A stretch of 64,000 nucleotides of DNA from a virus, in IMG/VR virus record IMGVR_UViG_3300028393_000022; one strand, given 5' to 3'. Of the stretch, positions 16,141-25,531 are shown one piece after another (within the stretch, counting starts at the first letter, position 1; each line of letters starts with the position of its first letter). A program made the translations under genes and the position numbers. The notes beneath the pieces are model-generated. The model made no database searches and was not told the DNA's origin. It saw only the letters and a list, made by a program, of their open reading frames with translations.

Positions 16141-17132
16141 TGAGCAAAACGTATATTCTCGTAGATACTGCAAATACATTTTTTAGAGCTAGGCACGTTA
16201 TTCGTGGTACTTTAGATGACAAAGTAGGAATGAGTATTTCAACTGTACTCAGCAGTGTGAGAAAAGCATGGCGTGAATTTAATGGTAGCCATGTGGTGTT
16301 CTTCTTAGAGGGACGTAGCTGGCGTAAGGACTTTTATGCTCCATATAAACGACAACGCACAGAAGCTCGTGCGGCACAAAGCCCACGTGAAGCAGAAGAA
16401 GATCGTGTATTTTGGGAAACGTTTGATCAGTTTAAAGATTTTATCAATACTAAAACAAACTGCACAGTCCTGCAACACCCCAACTTGGAAGCTGATGATT
16501 TAATTGCAGGTTGGATACAGAGTCATACAGAAGACACGCACGTGATCATTAGTACAGATGGCGACTTTGCACAATTGATTGCACCTAACGTGAAACAATA
16601 TAATGGTGTAATGCAGATTACAACTACACATGAAGGGTACTTCGATGAAAAAGGTAAGCGTGTCGTTGATAAGAAAACTATGTTGCCAAAGCCCGAACCG
16701 GACCCAACTTGGCTACTCTTTGAGAAGTGTATGCGTGGCGATACCTCTGACAACATCTTTTCTGCCTATCCGGGAGTGCGTGAAAAAGGCACAAAAAATA
16801 AGATTGGTCTCCGTGAAGCCTTCGCTGACAGAAACTCAAAAGGATATTCTTGGAACAATATGATGTTGCAGAAGTGGACCGACCATGAAGGCGTCGAACA
16901 TAGAGTAATTGACGACTATACTCGAAATGTTAAACTGTGCGATCTTACTGCACAGCCAGATGATGTAAAAGTACAAATGGCAGAGACTATCGCTGCCGCA
17001 ATTACCGCAGAAAAGAACATTCCGCAAGTGGGTGTCCGTTTGCTAAAGTACTGTGCCGAATATGATCTGCCAAAAATTAGCGAACAGATTACAACTTATG
17101 CAGAACCACTCAATGCAAGATATACAGCATAA
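16140..17132 (+). CDS. rnh: 5'-3' exonuclease / T4-type RNase H (FEN family)
   Basis: LVDTAN, SWRK, YKRQR, EADD, STDGD and GDTSDNI. Confidence 0.9.
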   Translation: MSKTYILVDTANTFFRARHVIRGTLDDKVGMSISTVLSSVRKAWREFNGSHVVFFLEGRSWRKDFYAPYKRQRTEARAAQSPREAEEDRVFWETFDQFKDFINTKTNCTVLQHPNLEADDLIAGWIQSHTEDTHVIISTDGDFAQLIAPNVKQYNGVMQITTTHEGYFDEKGKRVVDKKTMLPKPEPDPTWLLFEKCMRGDTSDNIFSAYPGVREKGTKNKIGLREAFADRNSKGYSWNNMMLQKWTDHEGVEHRVIDDYTRNVKLCDLTAQPDDVKVQMAETIAAAITAEKNIPQVGVRLLKYCAEYDLPKISEQITTYAEPLNARYTA

Positions 17133-17142
17133 AGGAGATACT

Positions 17143-17628
17143 ATGAACTTTATATCCAAAACAGTAATACCCAACAAAGAATGGATCATCGAGGGGCAAG
17201 GTGAAAAGATCGGCTCCGTTGCAAAACTCAAAAAAGGCTATGAATTTTTTAGGCATGGTCAAAGACTAGGCGTTAAAGATTTGAAAGAACTTACCAAACA
17301 GTTCGGCGATAATCTTTTTACAGAAAAGAAGATTCCTAAATTTGAGATTGAACCGCTTACACATAGAATTTACGACTTTCCTTGTAGCTCAAAGCCGTTT
17401 GAAGCAGTGTATAATGTTAAGAAAAAACTGCCGCTATTTGCCAAAAGTGCAAAAAGTAAAAGTCAATACTGTGCTGGTTACTATGTAATTAAATTCCGTA
17501 AAGGATGGGTTAAGAGTTTTTGCCCAAAGTTAATTACATTAGAACGCTATCCGTTTAGCGGTCCTTATAAAACAGAAGCAGAAATGAAAACTGTTTTAAA
17601 TACCGTAAATAAAAATGAAACAACTTAA
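17143..17628 (+). CDS. Hypothetical phage protein
   Basis: Start reassigned to ATG 17143 after SD AAGGAG. Confidence 0.65.
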   Translation: MNFISKTVIPNKEWIIEGQGEKIGSVAKLKKGYEFFRHGQRLGVKDLKELTKQFGDNLFTEKKIPKFEIEPLTHRIYDFPCSSKPFEAVYNVKKKLPLFAKSAKSKSQYCAGYYVIKFRKGWVKSFCPKLITLERYPFSGPYKTEAEMKTVLNTVNKNETT

Positions 17629-17839
17629 CACACTGCCTATAGAAGATTTCTTAGATAAGGCCAGGATTGCTAGAAAAAGTAATCAAAAATCGCTAACACT
17701 GACTCCAAAAGAATTTACAGATCTAGCCGATAGCATTAGTACGGTTATGACTAGGTTGTCCGGAAATCTTGATCAAACATTGAGTGATAATCAGTTGCCC
17801 GATGTTATTACTGTCAAAATGGACGGTGGCAAATTCTAA
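17615..17839 (+). CDS. Hypothetical protein
   Basis: Overlapping, co-oriented ORF ending MDGGKF. Confidence 0.6.
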   Translation: MKQLNTLPIEDFLDKARIARKSNQKSLTLTPKEFTDLADSISTVMTRLSGNLDQTLSDNQLPDVITVKMDGGKF

Positions 17840-17881
17840 ATAACCTGCTAAATATATACGCACTTTTCGGAGAACGTATAT

Positions 17882-18181
17882 ATGAGCAGACCAAAACCCA
17901 AAGTTTTATTGGAAATAACAAACAAGAAGTCTTACAAAACTGATCAAGTTTTGGAATCTGATGCCATTTGGGCAGTGTTTTATCAAGATAAACCGATTAA
18001 TTTAAAAACCACCAGTGTAGTTGCACAGCAGTTGGGTCCAAAGTATAAAAAAGTTAGTTTCTCAAATAGCGGCCATGCGTTTAATCTATCAGAAAAACTA
18101 AACAAACTTTTCAGTACTACAGACTTTTCAGTGTATAAACTAACCACTGGCGACAAAGTCGCAGATGAATCCCAAGTATGA
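17882..18181 (+). CDS. Hypothetical phage protein
   Basis: MSRPKP N-terminus; TAAATA at 17849-17854 and SD GGAG upstream. Confidence 0.65.
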   Translation: MSRPKPKVLLEITNKKSYKTDQVLESDAIWAVFYQDKPINLKTTSVVAQQLGPKYKKVSFSNSGHAFNLSEKLNKLFSTTDFSVYKLTTGDKVADESQV

Positions 18182-18554
18182 AATAACCAAAGCTGTTCTA
18201 GAAAGTCTAGGATTACCTGCTGACGAGAAACGGGTCAAAAAAACAATTCCAACTTGGTGGCAAAATCCAAGAAGCAAAGACACCGGCGGACTCCGCTTAA
18301 CAGATCAAGGCTTTGAGTGCCTTAAAAAAGCCGATATCAAAAGCTACGAAGTCAAATTTGACGAGCCTATTGTCTATACAAATCAATTGGCCATTTGGAT
18401 AGACCAGAACATAGACTGTCCGTTTTATATTACTAAAAAAGCCATACACGTATTCAGTGAAAAAATGGCTGTCCAATTAGTGTTGTTTTCTGGCAACATT
18501 GCCAAATTTCATAGAGCACGAAAAAGATTTGCAGAAAAAGACAAAAACTCTTGA
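18165..18554 (+). CDS. Hypothetical protein
   Basis: Co-oriented overlapping ORF (GGLRLTDQG). Confidence 0.6.
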   Translation: MNPKYEITKAVLESLGLPADEKRVKKTIPTWWQNPRSKDTGGLRLTDQGFECLKKADIKSYEVKFDEPIVYTNQLAIWIDQNIDCPFYITKKAIHVFSEKMAVQLVLFSGNIAKFHRARKRFAEKDKNS

Positions 18555-18579
18555 CAATATAGGAAAAGTTTGCTATAAT
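18551..18579 (+). promoter_or_regulatory. Consensus sigma70 promoter
   Basis: TTGACA-17bp-TATAAT with TGn extension. Confidence 0.9.
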
Positions 18580-18629
18580 TAACATACTGTAAAACATACA
18601 GCTCCACAGTTTTTTAAAGAAAGCACTTT

Positions 18630-19712
18630 ATGTCAAAAGAGATGTCAGCAAATCGTACAGTTAGCCCAAACGAAGCTAAAGCCGCAATCCGCAAATGTAT
18701 GAAAAAACAACGCCCTGTTTTTATGTGGGGCCCTCCCGGTATTGGTAAATCCGATATTGTTAAACAGCTCGGTGCTGAACAAGATCGTAATGTGATTGAT
18801 GTTCGATTGAGTCTTTGGGAACCTACTGATATCAAAGGTATTCCATTTTACAATGCCAATCTGGGTACAATGAGCTGGGCTCCTCCGCTCGAGTTTCCTC
18901 AAGATCCAGAAGATACTTCCATCCTGTTCTTAGATGAATTGAACAGTGCGGCTCCTGCAACACAGGCAGCGGCTTATCAGTTGATCCTAAACCGTCGTGT
19001 TGGTACATATGTTTTGCCAAAAGGTGTAACAATTGTTGCCGCTGGTAACCGTGAAGCAGACAAAGGCGTTACTTATCGTATGCCTGCTCCGTTGGCTAAC
19101 CGTTTCCTGCACGTTGAACTCCGTAGCGATTTTGAAGACTGGCATACTTGGGCTGTAAGCAATCGCATCCATGAACAGGTTGTTGGTTATTTGGGTTTTG
19201 CCAAGCAAGACTTGTATGACTTTGATCCAAAGAGCACCAGCAAGGCATTTGCTACACCACGTAGCTGGAGTTTTGTTAGTGAATTGGTGGAAGAAGATGA
19301 CGTCTCCGATAGCACTTTGACTGATTTGATTGCAGGTGCAGTCGGTGAAGGTTTGGCAGTTAAGTTTATGGCACACCGCAAGGTAGCAAAACAAATGCCT
19401 AAGCCAGAAGACATTTTGTCTGGCAAAGTTAAGAAGACTGAGATTAAAGAAATCTCCGCTATGTATTCTTTGACAATTAGCCTGTGCTACGAGCTCCAAG
19501 AAGCTGATCGCAAGAAGGCTAAGGATTGGGATATTATGGCAGACAACTTCTTTGGCTACATGATGGATAATTTCCCAACCGAATTGGTTGTCATGGGTGC
19601 TAAGGTTGCGTTAACTAACTATCAATTGCCGTTTGATGCTAGCAAGTTGAAGAACTTTGACAAGTTCCACGACAAATACGGTAAGTACATTATCCAAGCA
19701 ATGGAAGGTTAA
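18630..19712 (+). CDS. MoxR-like AAA+ ATPase
   Basis: Walker A GPPGIGKS, Walker B LFLDE, AAGN, LANRF and TPRSW. Confidence 0.9.
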   Translation: MSKEMSANRTVSPNEAKAAIRKCMKKQRPVFMWGPPGIGKSDIVKQLGAEQDRNVIDVRLSLWEPTDIKGIPFYNANLGTMSWAPPLEFPQDPEDTSILFLDELNSAAPATQAAAYQLILNRRVGTYVLPKGVTIVAAGNREADKGVTYRMPAPLANRFLHVELRSDFEDWHTWAVSNRIHEQVVGYLGFAKQDLYDFDPKSTSKAFATPRSWSFVSELVEEDDVSDSTLTDLIAGAVGEGLAVKFMAHRKVAKQMPKPEDILSGKVKKTEIKEISAMYSLTISLCYELQEADRKKAKDWDIMADNFFGYMMDNFPTELVVMGAKVALTNYQLPFDASKLKNFDKFHDKYGKYIIQAMEG

Positions 19713-19716
19713 AATT

Positions 19717-19738
19717 GGACCCTACGGGGTCCTTTTTT
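19717..19738 (+). terminator. Rho-independent terminator
   Basis: GGACCC-TACG-GGGTCC followed by T6. Confidence 0.9.
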
Positions 19739-19740
19739 AC

Positions 19741-19769
19741 TTGCTCTTTGAACTAAATGAGTGTATAAT
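19741..19769 (+). promoter_or_regulatory. Sigma70-type promoter
   Basis: TTGCTC-17bp-TATAAT. Confidence 0.65.
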
Positions 19770-19793
19770 TAATTATTGTAATAAGGAGTTTAT

Positions 19794-21053
19794 ATGTCTA
19801 GTGTAATGAAAGCAGAAAAAACAAAAAAGCAAGATTGGGTCGGTAAGGAATTTACTGCCGCTGAGAAAGCTAAAATTCTTGACAAGCTGATTACAGCCCG
19901 TGTGGGTCTGTTGCTTCGTCATCCATTCTTTGGCAACTTGGCAACCCGTATGAAGCTGATTGATGCATCTGACTGGTGCCATACACTGGCAACAGATGGT
20001 CGCAATTTTTACTTCAATTATGGTTTTGTAAATAAGCTCACTCCTAAAGAAGCAGAGTTTGGTTTTGCACACGAAGTCTTACATAATGTGTTTGATCACA
20101 TGGGACGCCGTGATGGACGAGATCCTCAGTTGTCAAACATTGCCGCTGACTATGCTACTAACCAAATCCTTAAAGATGAACGAATTGGTACGGTGCCAAG
20201 TTTTATTAAAATCTTTCAGGATGACAAATATCGTGGCAAGAGCTATGAAGAAATTTATAATGACCTTTACGAGAAAGCCGAAAAGATCGATCTCAGTGAT
20301 CTAGGTGAATTGTTGGACGAACATTTAGACGGTGAAGGCGATGGAGATAGTGACGGAGAAGACGGTGATGAAAAAGAAGGCAAAGGTCGTCCTAAACTGA
20401 CTGCTGAAGAAAAGAAGCAGATCCGTGATGAGATCAAAGAAGCTATGGTGGCGGCCGCTCAGGCAGCAGGTGCAGGCAAAGTGCCAGCAGGCGTCCAACG
20501 TATGATCAAAGACTTCACTGAGCCTAAAATGGATTGGCGTCAGCTGTTGCGTATGAATATACAAAGTATTCTTAAGAGCAACTTCAGCTTCAGCCGCCCT
20601 AACCGCAAGTCACAGCACTGCGGCGCTATCTTGCCAGGCATGATGAACGAAGAAACTATTGATGTATCTGTGGCAATTGACATGTCAGGTTCTATTAGCG
20701 ATGCAATGGCTAAAGACTTTATCAGTGAAGTTAAAGGCATCATGGACGAGTACCAGGACTTTAAATTGGACTTGTTCTGCTTTGATACAGAAGTATATAA
20801 CTATGCTCAATTTACAGCTGATAATGCTGACGAGATTATGAGCTATGAATGTAAGGGCGGTGGCGGTACTGACTTTGATGCTTGCTATGAATTTATGAAG
20901 GCAGAAGGTATTGAGCCAAAACGTTTCATTATGTTTACAGACGGTTATCCTTGCGGTAGTTGGGGCGACGAAGATTACTGCGAAAGCCTGTTTGTAATTC
21001 ACGGTAACGAATCTATCGTTTCTCCGTTCGGTCAGACAGCCTATTATAAATAA
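19794..21053 (+). CDS. HExxH metallopeptidase-like plus VWA domain protein (AAA+ partner)
   Basis: ATDG, AHEVLH, acidic linker, MIDAS DMSGS, GGGTDF and FTDG. Confidence 0.85.
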   Translation: MSSVMKAEKTKKQDWVGKEFTAAEKAKILDKLITARVGLLLRHPFFGNLATRMKLIDASDWCHTLATDGRNFYFNYGFVNKLTPKEAEFGFAHEVLHNVFDHMGRRDGRDPQLSNIAADYATNQILKDERIGTVPSFIKIFQDDKYRGKSYEEIYNDLYEKAEKIDLSDLGELLDEHLDGEGDGDSDGEDGDEKEGKGRPKLTAEEKKQIRDEIKEAMVAAAQAAGAGKVPAGVQRMIKDFTEPKMDWRQLLRMNIQSILKSNFSFSRPNRKSQHCGAILPGMMNEETIDVSVAIDMSGSISDAMAKDFISEVKGIMDEYQDFKLDLFCFDTEVYNYAQFTADNADEIMSYECKGGGGTDFDACYEFMKAEGIEPKRFIMFTDGYPCGSWGDEDYCESLFVIHGNESIVSPFGQTAYYK

Positions 21054-21065
21054 AGTAGGTACATT

Positions 21066-21356
21066 ATGTCGCTAAATAGAGGGACAGTTAATGCGTTAGG
21101 TGTGCTAGGATTTAGGAAGGTTCCTTTTATCCCAGCACACTTTTCCAAACTCTCTATTGATCATAGGATAGATATCAAGGCTATAGAACACTGGATCGAA
21201 TATAACTTAAACAGTAGATATTCAATTAAGATGAACTATAAACTTGATTATGCTAGGAAAGTCATAGAAGTCACAGAAATTGGCTTAGAGGATCCTAAAG
21301 AACTAACTATGTTATCACTAGGGTGCCAATACTTACATAAGAAAAAGGAATTTTAA
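21066..21356 (+). CDS. Hypothetical protein
   Basis: Perfect TATAAATA at 21045-21052 upstream. Confidence 0.6.
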   Translation: MSLNRGTVNALGVLGFRKVPFIPAHFSKLSIDHRIDIKAIEHWIEYNLNSRYSIKMNYKLDYARKVIEVTEIGLEDPKELTMLSLGCQYLHKKKEF

Positions 21357-21357
21357 A

Positions 21358-21597
21358 ATGGAAAATCAAGAACAAGCACAAATGGAAGCTCCAGCAGTCG
21401 GCGGAGAGACTCCAGCACCTGCACCGGAACTAACAATCACCGATTTGGCAAATCTTCGCTCAATCGTAGATGTTGCAGTTCGTCGTGGTGCGTTTGGTGC
21501 ATCAGAAGTTTCAGCGGTTGGTGCCGCTTTTGATAGATTAAACACATTCTTGAATGTTGTTAATCCACCTAAAGCAGATACACCTCCAGCACAATAA
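21358..21597 (+). CDS. Hypothetical phage protein
   Basis: SD AAGGA; helical core IVDVAVRRGAF. Confidence 0.65.
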   Translation: MENQEQAQMEAPAVGGETPAPAPELTITDLANLRSIVDVAVRRGAFGASEVSAVGAAFDRLNTFLNVVNPPKADTPPAQ

Positions 21598-21609
21598 AAG
21601 GAGAATCGC

Positions 21610-22233
21610 ATGGCTAAAGATACAAAACATGTGGGAAAAATGAAGAACAACTCTGCAAGGGTTGCGGTAGCATATAGGACTATACCTGGCGATGCAAGTA
21701 GCGCATTGGTTATTGGAACTAACGGATTGGGAGATGCTTATCACGATTCGCTAATGCAATTAATTGATAGTGAGACTGGGCAACAAGCAAATGAATTGGC
21801 CGATGTACTGGCTACTCGTAGATTTCCAGACGGGACTGTGATGCTTCAGTGGTTGCACAGTAATGGACATTTGAAAAAAGTTCCTACAACTCTTGTATTA
21901 ATGACGCCAAATGCTCAAACTGCAATTCCATTGAATGAAGTTAATCAAATGATTGCAGAACAAAAGGGTGTTAGTATTGATGAACTAGCAGTATCTGAAG
22001 AAGGGGCTGAACCGGTTAAGAAACCGACTGCTCGAAAAACAGAAGAAATTATCATTGATGACACACCTACACCAGTTGCAGTTGCTCCGATTGTTAATGA
22101 AGCACCGGTAACTGCATCAGATCTCCGATCAATGGCTGATAAACTTTCTAAGCAGGCAGCAGAAATGCGCCGTAAGGCAGATGAAATGGCTCCGCCTGTT
22201 AAGAAAGCCAAGGCAACAAAAGCTGAGGCTTAA
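21610..22233 (+). CDS. Hypothetical phage protein
   Basis: SD AAGGAG; low-complexity and coiled-coil C-terminus. Confidence 0.7.
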   Translation: MAKDTKHVGKMKNNSARVAVAYRTIPGDASSALVIGTNGLGDAYHDSLMQLIDSETGQQANELADVLATRRFPDGTVMLQWLHSNGHLKKVPTTLVLMTPNAQTAIPLNEVNQMIAEQKGVSIDELAVSEEGAEPVKKPTARKTEEIIIDDTPTPVAVAPIVNEAPVTASDLRSMADKLSKQAAEMRRKADEMAPPVKKAKATKAEA

Positions 22234-22297
22234 TGGTTGACAACTCAATCACATCAGGGCGTAATGCCCTGATCTCACCTTAGAAAGAATACAACAG

Positions 22298-23176
22298 ATG
22301 ACTCATCCAGAATTTGCTTATCTTAACGCTTTAAAAGATATTTTAGAAACAGGCGAACATCGGCCAGACCGCACCGGCGTGGGAACTATCAGTAAATTTG
22401 GTATGCAAATGCGATTTGATTTACAGCAAGGGTTTCCAGCAGTTACTACCAAGAAGCTAGCATGGAATGCAATGCTTTCAGAACTAATTTGGTTCATTAG
22501 TGGTAGCGGTGATGAACGTAGGCTCAAAGAAATCTTATTTGACAATGCCAATAGCGAAAAGAAAACTATTTGGTCCGATAATGCAGAAGCTGCATATTGG
22601 AAACCAAAGGCTAAATTTAAAGGTGACTTAGGTCGTGTATATGGCGTACAATGGCGTACATGGCGTGCGCCGGTGTTTGGTGCAAATCGAATGGGCGTTA
22701 AGCACATTGATCAATTACAAAATTTAATTAACGGATTAAAAGATGATCCGTACGGTCGCAGACATATTATTTCAGCATGGAATCCTGGTGAACTTGATAT
22801 GATGTCTTTGCCGCCTTGTCATATGATGGCTCAGTTTTATGTTAGCAATGGCAAACTGAGTTGCCAGATGTATCAACGTAGTGCTGATATGTTTCTTGGA
22901 GTGCCTTTTAACATCGCTAGTTATGCACTATTCACGCATATGGTAGCAAGGACTGTTGGATTAGATGTAGGTGAACTGATTATTACATTAGGTGACGCAC
23001 ACATTTATGAAAATCATGTGGAGCAGGTTAAGGAACAGCTTACAAGAGAACCATTGCCTCTACCAAAATTAATGTTTGATTCTGATGTAACTGATCTAAC
23101 TAAAATGACAATGGATCATATTTGGCTAGATGGATATACTAGCCACGATGCTATCAAAGCACCTATGGCAGTTTAA
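22298..23176 (+). CDS. thyA: Thymidylate synthase
   Basis: DRTGVGT, LGRVYGVQWR, RRHIISAWNP, LPPCH, YQRSADMFLGVPFN and GDAHIY. Confidence 0.97.
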   Translation: MTHPEFAYLNALKDILETGEHRPDRTGVGTISKFGMQMRFDLQQGFPAVTTKKLAWNAMLSELIWFISGSGDERRLKEILFDNANSEKKTIWSDNAEAAYWKPKAKFKGDLGRVYGVQWRTWRAPVFGANRMGVKHIDQLQNLINGLKDDPYGRRHIISAWNPGELDMMSLPPCHMMAQFYVSNGKLSCQMYQRSADMFLGVPFNIASYALFTHMVARTVGLDVGELIITLGDAHIYENHVEQVKEQLTREPLPLPKLMFDSDVTDLTKMTMDHIWLDGYTSHDAIKAPMAV

Positions 23177-24453
23177 ACTTTAACTTCTATAACACCAAAG
23201 CCTTGGAGATGATTTTCCAAGGCTTTTCCAATGATTGCATGAGGTGAATCCGAAGAGGTAATAGATGCACAGGCATAACCTGGATAATCACTAGTCATTA
23301 AAAGATCACCCTTACTAATAAACCCATAAACTTTGCACGGAACACGGCCTTTTAAGGCAATATAGGGGTGAGTTTCGTCGTTTCCGGCGTCGGAATTCAT
23401 CATATAGGCAGGGTTTTTAGACACTATGCCAGCTACCGCAGTATCGCCTGCAGATGTAGAAATAGTTACTTCTTTATCGCCGCCGATTACTAAAACGGTT
23501 CCGGGTTCATATACATCATCTGCTTCATAACGCTCTGCCAAATCTGCATACAGTGCCGATGATGCTATGGTATTTAAAATTCCGCTACTGGGATTGAAAT
23601 TAATTTTAGGACTTATGTAGACATCATTAGTTAATGTATTGATAAATGGCACATAAAATGTAGCATTAGTTCCAGTAATTGACGCAGAAATTCCATTGGT
23701 AGCTGTGGCAGTATCTGCATGAATAGCCCTTAAAGATTCTGCCGCTGTTCCCCAAAAGTATTTGTCTTTGGCTAAACCAGTGACTTCCTTCCTGGATGAC
23801 CCTGTTATCGGATCTGCTCCTTCTAATGTTATACCTGCTTTAATTTCCGTAAATACATCTGTCCTAGCGGGATACGTCGGTGCATCACCTGACACTTCTG
23901 TATAATTTGCCAATGCATATCCTTCAGCTGATGCAATGGCAACAATTTCGTTATCAGGTCCTATAATTGCTTTAATATTATATACAGGAAGTGCTGATGC
24001 TGCATCGTACTCAAAATCTCCTCTCCATTGGGCTTTTATGTCCGAACCAGAAGGAGGACCAATTAAAATATAATCAGTTCCATTCCATATTTTTAATTGC
24101 TGTGAAAGGGTGTCGTACCAGATATCTCCAGTAACTGATTCAGCAGGAGCCATATCACTGATACTCGAAACTGCCAACCTTCTAAATTTTGCAAGAGTAG
24201 TGCCGCTTGCTTCAGCATAGCACACATTTAACGCATTATTTGTTGGGTTATACCAGATCTGTCCTAGTATAGGATTTAACGGTGCAGTAGTGTTTGAAAA
24301 ATTTTCTAATAATTTTAAGAAATTCTCGTTTTGAACTTGACCATACCCGCTATAGTTTTTACCTACAAATGTTAAATCAGTAGTTTGGTCAATTGCAGCA
24401 TCCTGGACTGCTGTAATAACAGTTCCGTTTGTTTTAGATAGAATATATGACAT
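23173..24453 (-). CDS. Tail fibre/spike protein with a C-terminal intramolecular-chaperone-like domain
   Basis: Shared N-terminal anchor (GKNYSGYG...ENFLKLLENF...GQIWY); C-terminal YADLAERY...GRVPCKV. Confidence 0.7.
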   Translation of the reverse strand: MSYILSKTNGTVITAVQDAAIDQTTDLTFVGKNYSGYGQVQNENFLKLLENFSNTTAPLNPILGQIWYNPTNNALNVCYAEASGTTLAKFRRLAVSSISDMAPAESVTGDIWYDTLSQQLKIWNGTDYILIGPPSGSDIKAQWRGDFEYDAASALPVYNIKAIIGPDNEIVAIASAEGYALANYTEVSGDAPTYPARTDVFTEIKAGITLEGADPITGSSRKEVTGLAKDKYFWGTAAESLRAIHADTATATNGISASITGTNATFYVPFINTLTNDVYISPKINFNPSSGILNTIASSALYADLAERYEADDVYEPGTVLVIGGDKEVTISTSAGDTAVAGIVSKNPAYMMNSDAGNDETHPYIALKGRVPCKVYGFISKGDLLMTSDYPGYACASITSSDSPHAIIGKALENHLQGFGVIEVKV

Positions 24454-24465
24454 TATTAAAAATCC

Positions 24466-25530
24466 TTAAAGCACAATGTTGGTATTAGTAGATGCTGCCC
24501 ACAACCAACAAACAGAAGGCCCTACAATAGCAGTAATTGTAGATGTCCAAGAATAAGAGTAGTTATTGAACGGTTCCCACCAATTAGGTCCGTACAGATT
24601 ATTCAATACAAATTTTCTAACAGATATTTCATCGTTGTATGCGCAAACTACTGATACTTGAGAACCTAAAAAATAGGTTGCAGTTGAAAACATCTTTGAA
24701 AGACTGTTGGCAATAGAAATATTAGCATCATTGTATGCCTTAAGATTAGAATTTCCTAATCCAAAAGTACTTGTTGTCATAGTTGCAGTATATATACCGA
24801 ACTGAGTTATAGGATAATATGCTGTTAAATCCTTACGTGTTCCTTCAATTTGTTCAGAATTAACTTTTAATTTTCCGCCTAGATACACATCTCTTATAAC
24901 ATTCAAATCTGTTAACAGTGTAACCCCATTAGCAATATATGTAGATTGCCCTTGACGTGATGTTCCTGCAAGGTAGATTGTAGAAGACGACGCCTCCATT
25001 AAAAAAGAAGCAGTAGTAATAATACCAACATAGCTTCCATATGAGTTTATTAATGCAACTTTTTGTGCAACTTTTGTATAATCATCTCTAATAGGAGATG
25101 AAGGAGGAAGAATTCCAATTTTACCCAACAGAGAAGAAGTTGCTGGTCCTACTAAATTATAACTTGCACCATTCCACACTCTTAACTGACTATTAACTGT
25201 ATCATACCAAAAATCACCTGTACTGGTAGTAACAGGTTGTGTTCCACTTACATGAGATCCATATGTAGGTTGAAAAGATGTACCATCATAAACTTTTAAT
25301 CGTTTTGCAGTTTTATCAAACCACATTTGACCAATTTGCGGACTTCTAGGTTGTTCAGTATTGGGAGATGCAAAACTAGTTAAAAGTCTAATTAAGTTGG
25401 TATTGTAGTATTCACCGTAGTTATTTACATTTTTACCTATTAGATCTAAGCTAGTAGAGAAACTATCAACTTCGCCAATTGCAATAGTTGATAAAACTGT
25501 TCCGTCATTGTTGTATATAGTGTAGGCCAT
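24466..25530 (-). CDS. Tail fibre-like virion protein
   Basis: Same N-terminal anchor domain (DLIGKN...GQMWFD...GDFWYD). Confidence 0.65.
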   Translation of the reverse strand: MAYTIYNNDGTVLSTIAIGEVDSFSTSLDLIGKNVNNYGEYYNTNLIRLLTSFASPNTEQPRSPQIGQMWFDKTAKRLKVYDGTSFQPTYGSHVSGTQPVTTSTGDFWYDTVNSQLRVWNGASYNLVGPATSSLLGKIGILPPSSPIRDDYTKVAQKVALINSYGSYVGIITTASFLMEASSSTIYLAGTSRQGQSTYIANGVTLLTDLNVIRDVYLGGKLKVNSEQIEGTRKDLTAYYPITQFGIYTATMTTSTFGLGNSNLKAYNDANISIANSLSKMFSTATYFLGSQVSVVCAYNDEISVRKFVLNNLYGPNWWEPFNNYSYSWTSTITAIVGPSVCWLWAASTNTNIVL

Positions 25531-25531
25531 T

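Noticed and set aside
22253-22273. Hairpin ATCAGGGC-GTAAT-GCCCTGAT before thyA as a terminator
   Set aside because: There is no U-tract. It may be a processing or stability hairpin, but there is no further support.
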